Position numbers and translations under genes: made by a program. The notes under the pieces are model-generated. The model did not search any database. It saw only the letters and a list, made by a program, of their open reading frames with translations, and was not told where the DNA came from. A stretch of 64,000 nucleotides of DNA from positions 17,980,001 to 18,044,000 of the forward strand of contig OZ059899.1 of assembly GCA_964057225.1 (NCBI GenBank), in the 5' to 3' direction. This document shows positions 1 through 13,800 of this stretch, in pieces (position 1 is the stretch's first letter; every line of letters begins with the position of its first letter). Origin of the DNA: Auanema rhodensis (Eukaryota > Animalia > Nematoda).

Positions 1-3000
1 CTCGGTATGTAACTCGCTTCACGTGAAAGATAAAGAGATGCGGTTTTCAAAATTAGATTCCCCATGTCCATATTAGTCTAAAAACAAATTTTTATTGATA
101 TTGGTGCATGGTAACCATGACTTTGAATTTTACGTGAACTTTAATTTATGCTAATTAAACGTACACGTGGTGTGCACTCGGTATGTAACTCGCTTCACGT
201 GAAAGATAAAGAGATGCGGTTTTCAAAATTAGATTCCCCATGTCCATATTAGTCTAAAAACAAATTTTTATTGATATTGGTGCATGGTAACCATGACTTT
301 GAAATTTACGTGAACTTTAATTTATGCTACATAAATGTACACGTGATGTGCACTTGGTATGTAACTCGCTTCACGTGAAAGATAAAAAGATGCGGTTTTT
401 AAAATTAGATTCCCCATGTCCATATTAGTCTAAAAACAATTTTTTACTGATATTGGTGCATGGTAACCATGACTTTGAAATTTACGTGAACTTTAATTTA
501 TGCTAATTAAACGTACACGTGGTGTGCACTCGGTATGTAACTCGCTTCACGTGTAAGATAAAGAGATGCGATTTTCAAAATTAGATTCCCCACGTCCATA
601 TTAGTCTAAAAACAAATTTTTATTGATATTGGTGCATGGTAACCATGACTTTGAAATTTACGTGAACTTTAATTTATGCTAATTAAACGTACACGTGGTG
701 TGCACTCGGTATGTAACTCGCTTCACGTGTAAGATAAAGAGATGCGGTTTTCAAAATTAGATTCCCCATGTCCATATTAGTCTAAAAACAAATTTTTATT
801 GATATTGGTGCATGGTAACCATGACTTTGAAATTTACGTGAACTTTAATTTATGCTAATTAAACGTACACGTGGTGTGCATTCGGTATGTAACTCGCTTC
901 ACGTGTAAGATAAAGAGATGCGGTTTTCAAAATTAGATTCCCCATGTCCATATTAGTCTAAAAACAAATTTTTATTGATATTGGTGCATGGTAACCATGA
1001 CTTTGAAATTTACGTGAACTTTAATTTATGCTAATTAAACGTACACGTGGTGTGCACTCGGTATGTAACTCGCTTCACGTGTAAGATAAAGAGATGCGGT
1101 TTTCAAAATTAGATTCCCCATGTCCATATTAGTCTAAAAACAAATTTTTATTGATATTGGTGCATGGTAACCATGATTTTGAAATTTACGTGAACTTTAA
1201 TTCATGCTAATTAAATGTACACGTGGTGTGCACTCGGTATGTAACTCGCTTCACGTGAAAGATAAAGAGATGCAGTTATCAAAATTAGATTCCCCATGTC
1301 CATATTAGTCTAAAAACAAATTTTTATTGATATTGGTGCATGGTAACCATGATTTTGAAATTTACGTGAACTTTAATTCATGCTAATTAAATGTACACGT
1401 GGTGTGCACTCGGTATGTAACTCGCTTCACGTGAAATATAAAGAGATGCAGTTATCAAAATTAGATTCCCCATGTCCATATTAGTCTAAAAACAAATTTT
1501 TATTGATATTGGTGCATGGTAACCATGATTTTGAAATTTACGTGAACTTTAATTCATGCTAATTAAACGTACACGTGATGTGCACTTGGTATGTAACTCG
1601 CTTCACGTGAAAGATAAAGAGATGCGGTTTCTAAAATTAGATTCCCCATGTCCATATTAGTCTAAAAACAATTTTTTACTGATATTGGTGCATGGTAACC
1701 ATGATTTTGAAATTTACGTGAACTTTAATTTATGCTAATTAAATGTACACGTGGTGTGCACTCGGTATGTAACTCGCTTCACGTGAAAGATAAAGAGATG
1801 CGGTTTTCAAAATTAGATTCCCCATGTCCATATTAGTCTAAAAACAAATTTTTATTGATATTGGTGCATGGTAACCATGATTTTGAAATTTACGTGAACT
1901 TTAATTTATGCTAATTAAACGTACACGTGGTGTGCACTCGGTATGTAACTCGCTTCACGTGAAAGATAAAGAGATGCGGTTTTCAAAATTAGATTCCCCA
2001 TGTCCATATTAGTCTAAAAACAAATTTTTTTTGATATTGGTGTATGGTAACCATGATTTTGAAATTTACGTGAACTTTAATTTATGCTAATTAAATGTAC
2101 ACGTGGTGTGCACTCGGTATGTAACTCGCTTCACGTGAAAGATAAAGAGATGCGGTTTTCAAAATTAGATTCCCCATGTCCATATTAGTCTAAAAACAAA
2201 TTTTTATTGATATTGGTGCATGGTAACCATGACTTTGAATTTTACGTGAACTTTAATTTATGCTAATTAAACGTACACGTGGTGTGCACTCGGTATGTAA
2301 CTCGCTTCACGTGAAAGATAAAGAGATGCGGTTTTCAAAATTAGATTCCCCATGTCCATATTAGTCTAAAAACAAATTTTTATTGATATTGGTGCATGGT
2401 AACCATGACTTTGAAATTTACGTGAACTTTAATTTATGCTACATAAATGTACACGTGATGTGCACTTGGTATGTAACTCGCTTCACGTGAAAGATAAAAA
2501 GATGCGGTTTTTAAAATTAGATTCCCCATGTCCATATTAGTCTAAAAACAATTTTTTACTGATATTGGTGCATGGTAACCATGACTTTGAAATTTACGTG
2601 AACTTTAATTTATGCTAATTAAACGTACACGTGGTGTGCACTCGGTATGTAACTCGCTTCACGTGTAAGATAAAGAGATGCGATTTTCAAAATTAGATTC
2701 CCCACGTCCATATTAGTCTAAAAACAAATTTTTATTGATATTGGTGCATGGTAACCATGACTTTGAAATTTACGTGAACTTTAATTTATGCTAATTAAAC
2801 GTACACGTGGTGTGCACTCGGTATGTAACTCGCTTCACGTGTAAGATAAAGAGATGCGGTTTTCAAAATTAGATTCCCCATGTCCATATTAGTCTAAAAA
2901 CAAATTTTTATTGATATTGGTGCATGGTAACCATGACTTTGAAATTTACGTGAACTTTAATTTATGCTAATTAAACGTACACGTGGTGTGCATTCGGTAT

Positions 3001-3547
3001 GTAACTCGCTTCACGTGTAAGATAAAGAGATGCGGTTTTCAAAATTAGATTCCCCATGTCCATATTAGTCTAAAAACAAATTTTTATTGATATTGGTGCA
3101 TGGTAACCATGACTTTGAAATTTACGTGAACTTTAATTTATGCTAATTAAACGTACACGTGGTGTGCACTCGGTATGTAACTCGCTTCACGTGTAAGATA
3201 AAGAGATGCGGTTTTCAAAATTAGATTCCCCATGTCCATATTAGTCTAAAAACAAATTTTTATTGATATTGGTGCATGGTAACCATGATTTTGAAATTTA
3301 CGTGAACTTTAATTCATGCTAATTAAATGTACACGTGGTGTGCACTCGGTATGTAACTCGCTTCACGTGAAAGATAAAGAGATGCAGTTATCAAAATTAG
3401 ATTCCCCATGTCCATATTAGTCTAAAAACAAATTTTTATTGATATTGGTGCATGGTAACCATGATTTTGAAATTTACGTGAACTTTAATTCATGCTAATT
3501 AAATGTACACGTGGTGTGCACTCGGTATGTAACTCGCTTCACGTGAA
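1..3547 (+). repeat. 12-monomer (2112-bp) higher-order duplication
   Basis: Diagnostic variants recur at an offset of 2112: 121/2233, 321/2433, 571/2683, 591/2703, 881/2993 and 1271/3383. Confidence 0.92.
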
Positions 3548-6500
3548 AGATAAGGAGATGCGGTTTTCACAATTAGATTCCCCATGTCCATATTAGTCTA
3601 AAAACAAATTTTTATTGATATTGGTGCATGGTAACCATGACTTTGAAATTTACGTGAACTTTAATTTATGCTAATTAAACGTACACGTGGTGTGCACTCG
3701 GTATGTAACTCGCTTCACGTGTAAGATAAAGAGATGCGGTTTTCAAAATTTGATTCCCCATGTCCATATTAGTCTAAAAACAAATTTTTATTGATATTGG
3801 TGCATGGAAACCATGACTTTGAAATTTACGTGAACTTTAATTTATGCTAATTAAATGTACACGTGATGTGCACTTGGTATGTAACTCGCTTCACGTGAAA
3901 GATAAAGAGATGCGGTTTTCAAAATTAGATTCCCCATGTCCATATTAGTCTAAAAACAAATTTTTATTGATATTGGTGCATGGTAACCATGACTTTGAAA
4001 TTTACGTGAACTTCAATTTATGCTAATTAAACGTACACGTGATGTGCACTTGGTATGTAACTCGCTTCACGTGAAAGATGAAGAGATGCGGTTTTCAAAA
4101 TTAGATTCCCCATGTCCATATTAGTCTAAAAACAAATTTTTATTGATATTGGTGTATGGTAACCATGACTTTGAAATTTACGTGAACTTTAATTTATGCT
4201 AATTAAATGTACACGTGGTGTGCACTCGGTATGTAACTCGCTTCACGTGAAAGATAAAGAGATGCGGTTTTCAAAATTAGATTTCCCATGTCCATATTAG
4301 TCTAAAAACAAATTTTTATTGATATTGGTGCATGGTAACCATGACTTTGAAATTTACGTGAACTTTAATCTATGCTACATAAATGTACACGTGATGTGCA
4401 CTTGGTATGTAACTCGCTTCACGTGAAAGATAAAAAGATGCGGTTTTTAAAATTAGATTCCCCATGTCCATATTAGTCTAAAAACAAATTTTTATTGATA
4501 TTGGTGCATGGTAACCATGACTTTGAAATTTACGTGAACTTCAATTTATGCTAATTAAACGTACACGTGATGTGCACTTGGTATGTAACTCGCTTCACGT
4601 GAAAGATGAAGAGATGCGGTTTTCAAAATTAGATTCCCCATGTCCATATTAGTCTAAAAACAATTTTTTACTGATATTGGTGCATGGTAACCATGATTTT
4701 GAAATTTACGTGAACTTTAATTTATGCTAATTAAACGTACACGTGATGTGCACTTGGTATGTAACTCGCTTCACGTGAAAGATAAAGAGATGCGGTTTCT
4801 AAAATTAGATTCCCCATGTCCATATTAGTCTAAAAACAATTTTTTACTGATATTGGTGCATGGTAACCATGATTTTGAAATTTACGTGAACTTTAATTTA
4901 TGCTAATTAAACGTACACGTGGTGTGCACTCGGTATGTAACTCGCTTCACGTGAAAGATAAAGAGATGCGGTTTTCAAAATTAGATTCCCCATGTCCATA
5001 TTAGTCTAAAAACAAATTTTTATTGATATTGGTGCATGGTAACCATGATTTTGAAATTTACGTGAACTTTAATTTATGCTAATTAAACGTACACGTGGTG
5101 TGCACTCGGTATGTAACTCGCTTCACGTGAAAGATAAAGAGATGCGGTTTTCAAAATTAGATTCCCCATGTCCATATTAGTCTAAAAACAAATTTTTTTT
5201 GATATTGGTGTATGGTAACCATGATTTTGAAATTTACGTGAACTTTAATTTATGCTAATTAAATGTACACGTGGTGTGCACTTGGTATGTAACTCGCTTC
5301 ACGTGAAAGATAAAGAGATGCGGTTTTCAAAATTAGATTCCCCATGTCCATATTAGTCTAAAAACAAATTTTTATTGATATTGGTGCATGGTAACCATGA
5401 CTTTGAATTTTACGTGAACTTTAATTTATGCTAATTAAACGTACACGTGGTATGCACTCGGTATGTAACTCGCTTCACGTGAAAGATAAAGAGATGCGGT
5501 TTTCAAAATTAGATTCCCCATGTCCATATTAGTCTAAAAACAAATTTTTATTGATATTGGTGCATGGTAACCATGACTTTGAAATTTACGTGAACTTTAA
5601 TTTATGCTAATTAAACGTACACGTGATGTGCACTTGGTATGTAACTCGCTTCACGTGAAAGATGAAGAGATGCGGTTTTCAAAATTAGATTCCCCATGTC
5701 CATATTAGTCTAAAAACAAATTTTTATTGATATTGGTGTATGGTAACCATGACTTTGAAATTTACGTGAACTTTAATTTATGCTAATTAAATGTACACGT
5801 GGTGTGCACTCGGTATGTAACTCGCTTCACGTGAAAGATAAAGAGATGCGGTTTTCAAAATTAGATTCCCCATGTCCATATTAGTCTAAAAACAAATTTT
5901 TATTGATATTGGTGCATGGTAACCATGACTTTGAAATTTACGTGAACTTTAATCTATGCTACATAAATGTACACGTGATGTGCACTTGGTATGTAACTCG
6001 CTTCACGTGAAAGATAAAAAGATGCGGTTTTTAAAATTAGATTCCCCATGTCCATATTAGTCTAAAAACAAATTTTTATTGATATTGGTGCATGGTAACC
6101 ATGACTTTGAAATTTACGTGAACTTTAATTTATGCTAATTAAACGTACACGTGATGTGCACTTGGTATGTAACTCGCTTCACGTGAAAGATGAAGAGATG
6201 CGGTTTTCAAAATTAGATTCCCCATGTCCATATTAGTCTAAAAACAATTTTTTACTGATATTGGTGCATGGTAACCATGATTTTGAAATTTACGTGAACT
6301 TTAATTTATGCTAATTAAACGTACACGTGGTGTGCACTCGGTATGTAACCCGCTTCACGTGAAAGATAAAGAGATGCGGTTTTCAAAATTAGATTCCCCA
6401 TGTCCATATTAGTCTAAAAACAAATTTTTATTGATATTGGTGCATGGTAACCATGATTTTGAAATTTACGTGAACTTTAATTTATGCTAATTAAACGTAC

Positions 6501-7740
6501 ACGTGGTGTGCACTCGGTATGTAACTCGCTTCACGTGAAAGATAAAGAGATGCGGTTTTCAAAATTAGATTCCCCATGTCCATATTAGTCTAAAAACAAA
6601 TTTTTTTTGATATTGGTGTATGGTAACCATGATTTTGAAATTTACGTGAACTTTAATTTATGCTAATTAAATGTACACGTGGTGTGCACTCGGTATGTAA
6701 CTCGCTTCACGTAAAAGATAAAGAGATGCGGTTTTCAAAATTAGATTCCCCATGTCCATATTAGTCTAAAAACAAATTTTTATTGATATTGGTGCATGGT
6801 AACCATGACTTTGAATTTTACGTGAACTTTAATTTATGCTAATTAAACGTACACGTGGTGTGCACTCGGTATGTAACTCGCTTCACGTGAAAGATAAAGA
6901 GATGCGGTTTTCAAAATTAGATTCCCCATGTCCATATTAGTCTAAAAACAAATTTTTATTGATATTGGTGCATGGTAACCATGACTTTGAAATTTACGTG
7001 AACTTCAATTTATGCTAATTAAACGTACACGTGATGTGCACTTGGTATGTAACTCGCTTCACGTGAAAGATGAAGAGATGCGGTTTTCAAAATTAGATTC
7101 CCCATGTCCATATTAGTCTAAAAACAAATTTTTATTGATATTGGTGTATGGTAACCATGACTTTGAAATTTACGTGAACTTTAATTTATGCTAATTAAAT
7201 GTACACGTGGTGTGCACTCGGTATGTAACTCGTTTCACGTGAAAGATAAAGAGATGCGGTTTTCAAAATTAGATTCCCCATGTCCATATTAGTCTAAAAA
7301 CAAATTTTTATTGATATTGGTGCATGGTAACCATGACTTTGAAATTTACGTGAACTTTAATCTATGCTACATAAATGTACACGTGATGTGCACTTGGTAT
7401 GTAACTCGCTTCACGTGAAAGATAAAAAGATGCGGTTTTTAAAATTAGATTCCCCATGTCCATATTAGTCTAAAAACAAATTTTTATTGATATTGGTGCA
7501 TGGTAACCATGACTTTGAAATTTACGTGAACTTCAATTTATGCTAATTAAACGTACACGTGATGTGCACTTGGTATGTAACTCGCTTCACGTGAAAGATG
7601 AAGAGATGCGGTTTTCAAAATTAGATTCCCCATGTCCATATTAGTCTAAAAACAATTTTTTACTGATATTGGTGCATGGTAACCATGATTTTGAAATTTA
7701 CGTGAACTTTAATTTATGCTAATTAAACGTACACGTGATG
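1..7740 (+). repeat. 176-bp satellite array, orientation A (about 44 monomers, open at the left window edge)
   Basis: CTCGGTATGTAACTCGCTTCACGTG recurs at 1, 177, 2641 and (as CTTGG...) 5281, giving an exact 176-bp period. The first monomer has 60/176 G+C. Monomers differ only by a few substitutions. Confidence 0.99.
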
Positions 7741-7804
7741 GAAAACCGCATCTCTTTATCTTTCACGTGAAGCGAGTTACATACCGAGTGCACACCATGT
7801 GTAC
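7729..7804. other. Inversion (strand-switch) junction within the 176-bp satellite
   Basis: Forward monomer text ...GTACACGTGATG stops at 7740 and reverse-complement text GAAAACCGCATC... starts at 7741, with no foreign insert. The mirror arm CACCATGTGTAC begins at 7793, leaving a 52-nt spacer. Confidence 0.97.
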
Positions 7805-10800
7805 ATTTAATTAGCATAAATTAAAGTTCAAGTAAATTTAAAAATCATGGTTACCATGCACCAATATCAGTAAAAAACTGTTTTTAGACTAATATGGACA
7901 TGGGGAATCTAATTTTGGAAACCGCATCTCTTTTTCTTTCACGTGAAGCGAGATACATACCGAGTGCACACCACGTGTACATTTATGTAGCATAAAATAA
8001 AGTTCACGTAAATTTCGAAGTCATGGTTACCATGCACCAATATCGATAAAAATTTGTTTTCAGACTAATATGGACATGGGGAATCTAATTGGGAAAACCT
8101 CATCTCTTTATCTTTCACGTGAAGCGAATTACATACCAAGTGCACATCACTTGTACATTTAATTAGCATAAATTAAAGTTCACGTAAATTTCAAAGTTAT
8201 GGTTACCATGCACCAATATCAATAAAAATTTGTTTTAAGACTAATATGGACATGGGGAATCTAATTTTGAAAACCGCATCTCTTTATCTTTCACGTGAAG
8301 CAAGTTACATACCAAGTGCACATCACGTGTACATTTAATTAGCATAAATTAAAGTTCGCGTAAATTTCAAAGTCATGGTTACCATGCACCAATATCAATA
8401 AAAATTTGTTTTAAGACTAATATGGACATGGGGAATCTAATTTTGAAAACCGCATCTCTTTATCTTTCACGTGAAGCAAGTTACATACCAAGTGCACATC
8501 ACGTGTACATTTAATTAGCATAAATTAAAGTTCACGTAAATTTCAAAGTCATGGTTACCATGAACCAATATCAATAAAAATTTGTTTTTAGACTAATATG
8601 GACATGGGGAATCTAATGTTGAAAACCGCATCTCTTTATCTTTCACGTGAAGCGAGTTACATACCAAGTGCACACCGCGTGTACATTTAATTAGCATAAA
8701 TTGAAGTTCACGTAAATTTCAAAGTCATGGTTACCATGCACCAATATCAATAAAAATTTGTTTTTAGACTAATATGGACATGGGGAATCTAATTGTGAAA
8801 ACCGCATCTCCTTATCTTTCACGTGAAGCGAGTTACATACCAAGTGCACATCACTTGTACATTTAATTAGCATAAATTAAAGTTCACGTAAAATTCAAAG
8901 TCATGGTTACCATGCACCAATATCAATAAAAATTTGTTTTTAGACTAATATGGACATGGGGAATCTAATTTTGAAAACCGCATCTTTTTATCTTTCACGT
9001 GAAGCGAGTTACATACCGAGTGCACACCATGTGTACATTTAATTAGCATAAATTAAAGTTCACGTAAATTTCAAAATCATGGTTACCATGCACCAATATC
9101 AGTAAAAAACTGTTTTTAGACTAATATGGACATGGGGAATCTAATTTTAAAAACCGCATCTCTTTATCTTTCACGTGAAGCGAGTTACATACCAAGTGCA
9201 CATCACGTGTACATTTAATTAGCATAAATTAAAGTTCACGTAAATTTCAAAGTCATGGTTACCATGCATCAATATCAGTAAAAAATTGTTTTCAGACTAA
9301 TATGGACATGGGGAATCTAATTTTAAAAACCGCATCTCTTTATCTTTCACGTGAAGCGAGTTACATACGGAGTGCACACCACGTGTACATTTAATTAGCA
9401 TAAATTAAAGTTCACGTAAATTTCAAAATCATGGTTACCATGCACCAATATCAGTAAAAAACTGTTTTTAGACTAATATGGACATGGGGAATCTAATTTT
9501 GGAAACCGCATCTCTTTATCTTTCACGTGAAGCGAGTTACATACCAAGTGCACATCACGTGTACATTTAATTAGCATAAATTAAAGTTCACGTAGATTTC
9601 AAAGTCATGGTTACCATGCACCAATATCAATAAAAATTTGTTTTTAGACTAATATGGACATGGGGAATCTAATTGTGAAAACCGCATCTCCTTATCTTTC
9701 ACGTGAAGCGAGTTACATACCAAGTGCACATCACTTGTACATTTAATTAGCATAAATTAAAGTTCACGTAAATTTCAAAGTCATGGTTACCATGCACCAA
9801 TATCAGTAAAAAATTGTTTTCAGACTAATATGGACATGGGGAATCTAATTTTAAAAACCGCATCTCTTTATCTTTCACGTGAAGCGAGTTACATACCGAG
9901 TGCACACCACGTGTACATTTAATTAGCATAAATTAAAGTTCACGTAAATTTCAAAGTCATGGTTACCATGCATCAATATCAATAAAAATTTGTTTTTAGA
10001 CTAATATGGACATGGGGAGTCTAATTTTGAAAACCGCATCTCTTTATCTTTCACGTGAAGCAAGTTACATACCAAGTGCACATCACGTGTACATTTAATT
10101 AGCATAAATTAAAGTTCACGTAAAATTCAAAGTCATGGTTACCATGCACCAATATCAATAAAAATTTGTTTTTAGACTAATATGGACATGGGGAATCTAA
10201 TTTTGAAAACCGCATCTCTTTATCTTTCACGTGAAGCGAGTTACATACCAAGTGCACACCGCGTGTACATTTAATTAGCATAAATTGAAGTTCACGTAAA
10301 TTTCAAAGTCATGGTTACCATGCACCAATATCAATAAAAATTTGTTTTTAGACTAATATGGACATGGGGAATCTAATTGTGAAAACCGCATCTCCTTATC
10401 TTTCACGTGAAGCGAGTTACATACCAAGTGCACATCACTTGTACATTTAATTAGCATAAATTAAAGTTCACGTAAAATTCAAAGTCATGGTTACCATGCA
10501 CCAATATCAATAAAAATTTGTTTTTAGACTAATATGGACATGGGGAATCTAATTTTGAAAACCGCATCTCTTTATCTTTCACGTGAAGCGAGTTACATAC
10601 CGAGTGCACACCATGTGTACATTTAATTAGCATAAATTAAAGTTCACGTAAATTTCAAAATCATGGTTACCATGCACCAATATCAGTAAAAAACTGTTTT
10701 TAGACTAATATGGACATGGGGAATCTAATTTTAAAAACCGCATCTCTTTATCTTTCACGTGAAGCGAGTTACATACCAAGTGCACATCACGTGTACATTT

Positions 10801-13800
10801 AATTAGCATAAATTAAAGTTCACGTAAATTTCAAAGTCATGGTTACCATGCACCAATATCAGTAAAAAATTGTTTTCAGACTAATATGGACATGGGGAAT
10901 CTAATTTTAAAAACCGCATCTCTTTATCTTTCACGTGAAGCGAGTTACATACGGAGTGCACACCACGTGTACATTTAATTAGCATAAATTAAAGTTCACG
11001 TAAATTTCAAAGTCATGGTTACCATGCACCAATATCAATAAAAATTTGTTTTTAGACTAATATGGACATGGGGAATCTAATTTTGAAAACGGCATCTCTT
11101 TATCTTTCACGTGAAGCGAGTTACATACCAAGTGCACATCACGTGTACATTTAATTAGCATAAATTAAAGTTCACGTAGATTTCAAAGTCATGGTTACCA
11201 TGCACCAATATCAATAAAAATTTGTTTTTAGACTAATATGGACATGGGGAATCTAATTTTGAAAACCGCATCTCTTTATCTTTCACGTGAAGCGAGTTAC
11301 ATACCAAGTGCACACCGCGTGTACATTTAATTAGCATAAATTGAAGTTCACGTAAATTTCAAAGTCATGGTTACCATGCACCAATATCAATAAAAATTTG
11401 TTTTTAGACTAATATGGACATGGGGAATCTAATTGTGAAAACCGCATCTCCTTATCTTTCACGTGAAGCGAGTTACATACCAAGTGCACATCACTTGTAC
11501 ATTTAATTAGCATAAATTAAAGTTCACGTAAAATTCAAAGTCATGGTTACCATGCACCAATATCAATAAAAATTTGTTTTTAGACTAATATGGACATGGG
11601 GAATCTAATTTTGAAAACCGCATCTCTTTATCTTTCACGTGAAGCGAGTTACATACCGAGTGCACACCATGTGTACATTTAATTAGCATAAATTAAAGTT
11701 CACGTAAATTTCAAAATCATGGTTACCATGCACCAATATCAGTAAAAAACTGTTTTTAGACTAATATGGACATGGGGAATCTAATTTTAAAAACCGCATC
11801 TCTTTATCTTTCACGTGAAGCGAGTTACATACCAAGTGCACATCACGTGTACATTTAATTAGCATAAATTAAAGTTCACGTAAATTTCAAAGTCATGGTT
11901 ACCATGCACCAATATCAGTAAAAAATTGTTTTCAGACTAATATGGACATGGGGAATCTAATTTTAAAAACCGCATCTCTTTATCTTTCACGTGAAGCGAG
12001 TTACATACGGAGTGCACACCACGTGTACATTTAATTAGCATAAATTAAAGTTCACGTAAATTTCAAAGTCATGGTTACCATGCACCAATATCAATAAAAA
12101 TTTGTTTTTAGACTAATATGGACATGGGGAATCTAATTTTGAAAACGGCATCTCTTTATCTTTCACGTGAAGCGAGTTACATACCAAGTGCACATCACGT
12201 GTACATTTAATTAGCATAAATTAAAGTTCACGTAGATTTCAAAGTCATGGTTACCATGCACCAATATCAATAAAAATTTGTTTTTAGACTAATATGGACA
12301 TGGGGAATCTAATTTTGAAAACGGCATCTCTTTATCTTTCACGTGAAGCGAGTTACATACCAAGTGCACATCACGTGTACATTTAATTAGCATAAATTAA
12401 AGTTCACGTAGATTTCAAAGTCATGGTTACCATGCACCAATATCAATAAAAATTTGTTTTTAGACTAATATGGACATGGGGAATCTAATTGTGAAAACCG
12501 CATCTCCTTATCTTTCACGTGAAGCGAGTTACATACCAAGTGCACATCACTTGTACATTTAATTAGCATAAATTAAAGTTCACGTAAATTTCAAAGTCAT
12601 GGTTACCATGCACCAATATCAGTAAAAAATTGTTTTCAGACTAATATGGACATGGGGAATCTAATTTTAAAAACCGCATCTCTTTATCTTTCACGTGAAG
12701 CGAGTTACATACCGAGTGCACACCACGTGTACATTTAATTAGCATAAATTAAAGTTCACGTAAATTTCAAAGTCATGGTTACCATGCACCAATATCAATA
12801 AAAATTTGTTTTTAGACTAATATGGACATGGGGAGTCTAATTTTAAAAACCGCATCTCTTTATCTTTCACGTGAAGCGAGTTACATACCGAGTGCACACC
12901 ACGTGTACATTTAATTAGCATAAATTAAAGTTCACGTAAAATTCAAAGTCATGGTTACCATGCACCAATATCAATAAAAACTTGTTTTTAGACTAATATG
13001 GACATGGGGAATCTATTTTTGAAAACCGCATCTCTTTATCTTTCACGTGAAGCGAGTTACATACCGAGTGCACACCACGTGTACGTTTAATTAGCATAAA
13101 TTAAAGTTCACGTAAAATTCAAAGTCATGGTTACCATGCACCAATATCAATAAAAATTTGTTTTTAGACTAATATGGACATGGGGAATCTAATTTTGAAA
13201 ACCGCATCTCTTTATCTTTCACGTGAAGCGAGTTACATACCGAGTGCACACCATGTGTACATTTAATTAGCATAAATTAAAGTTCACGTAAATTTCAAAA
13301 TCATGGTTACCATGCACCAATATCAGTAAAAAACTGTTTTTAGACTAATATGGACATGGGGAATCTAATTTTGGAAACCGCATCTCTTTTTCTTTCACGT
13401 GAAGCGAGATACATACCGAGTGCACACCACGTGTACATTTATATAGCATAAAATAAAGTTCACGTAAATTTCAAAGTCATGGTTACCATGCACCAATATC
13501 GATAAAAATTTGTTTTTAGACTAATATGGACATGGGGAATCTAATTGGGAAAACCTCATCTCTTTATCTTTCACGTGAAGCGAGTTACATACCAAGTGCA
13601 CATCACTTGTACATTTAATTAGCATAAATTAAAGTTCACGTAAATTTCAAAGTTATGGTTACCATGCACCAATATCAATAAAAATTTGTTTTAAGACTAA
13701 TATGGACATGGGGAATCTAATTTTGAAAACCGCATCTCTTTATCTTTCACGTGAAGCAAGTTACATACCAAGTGCACATCACGTGTACATTTAATTAACA

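Noticed and set aside
1-176. Assignment to a named satellite of similar length (alpha satellite, Arabidopsis 178-bp, honeybee 176-bp AluI)
   Set aside because: Length alone does not identify a family and I recognise no sequence match. The AluI site AGCT appears only as a rare variant.
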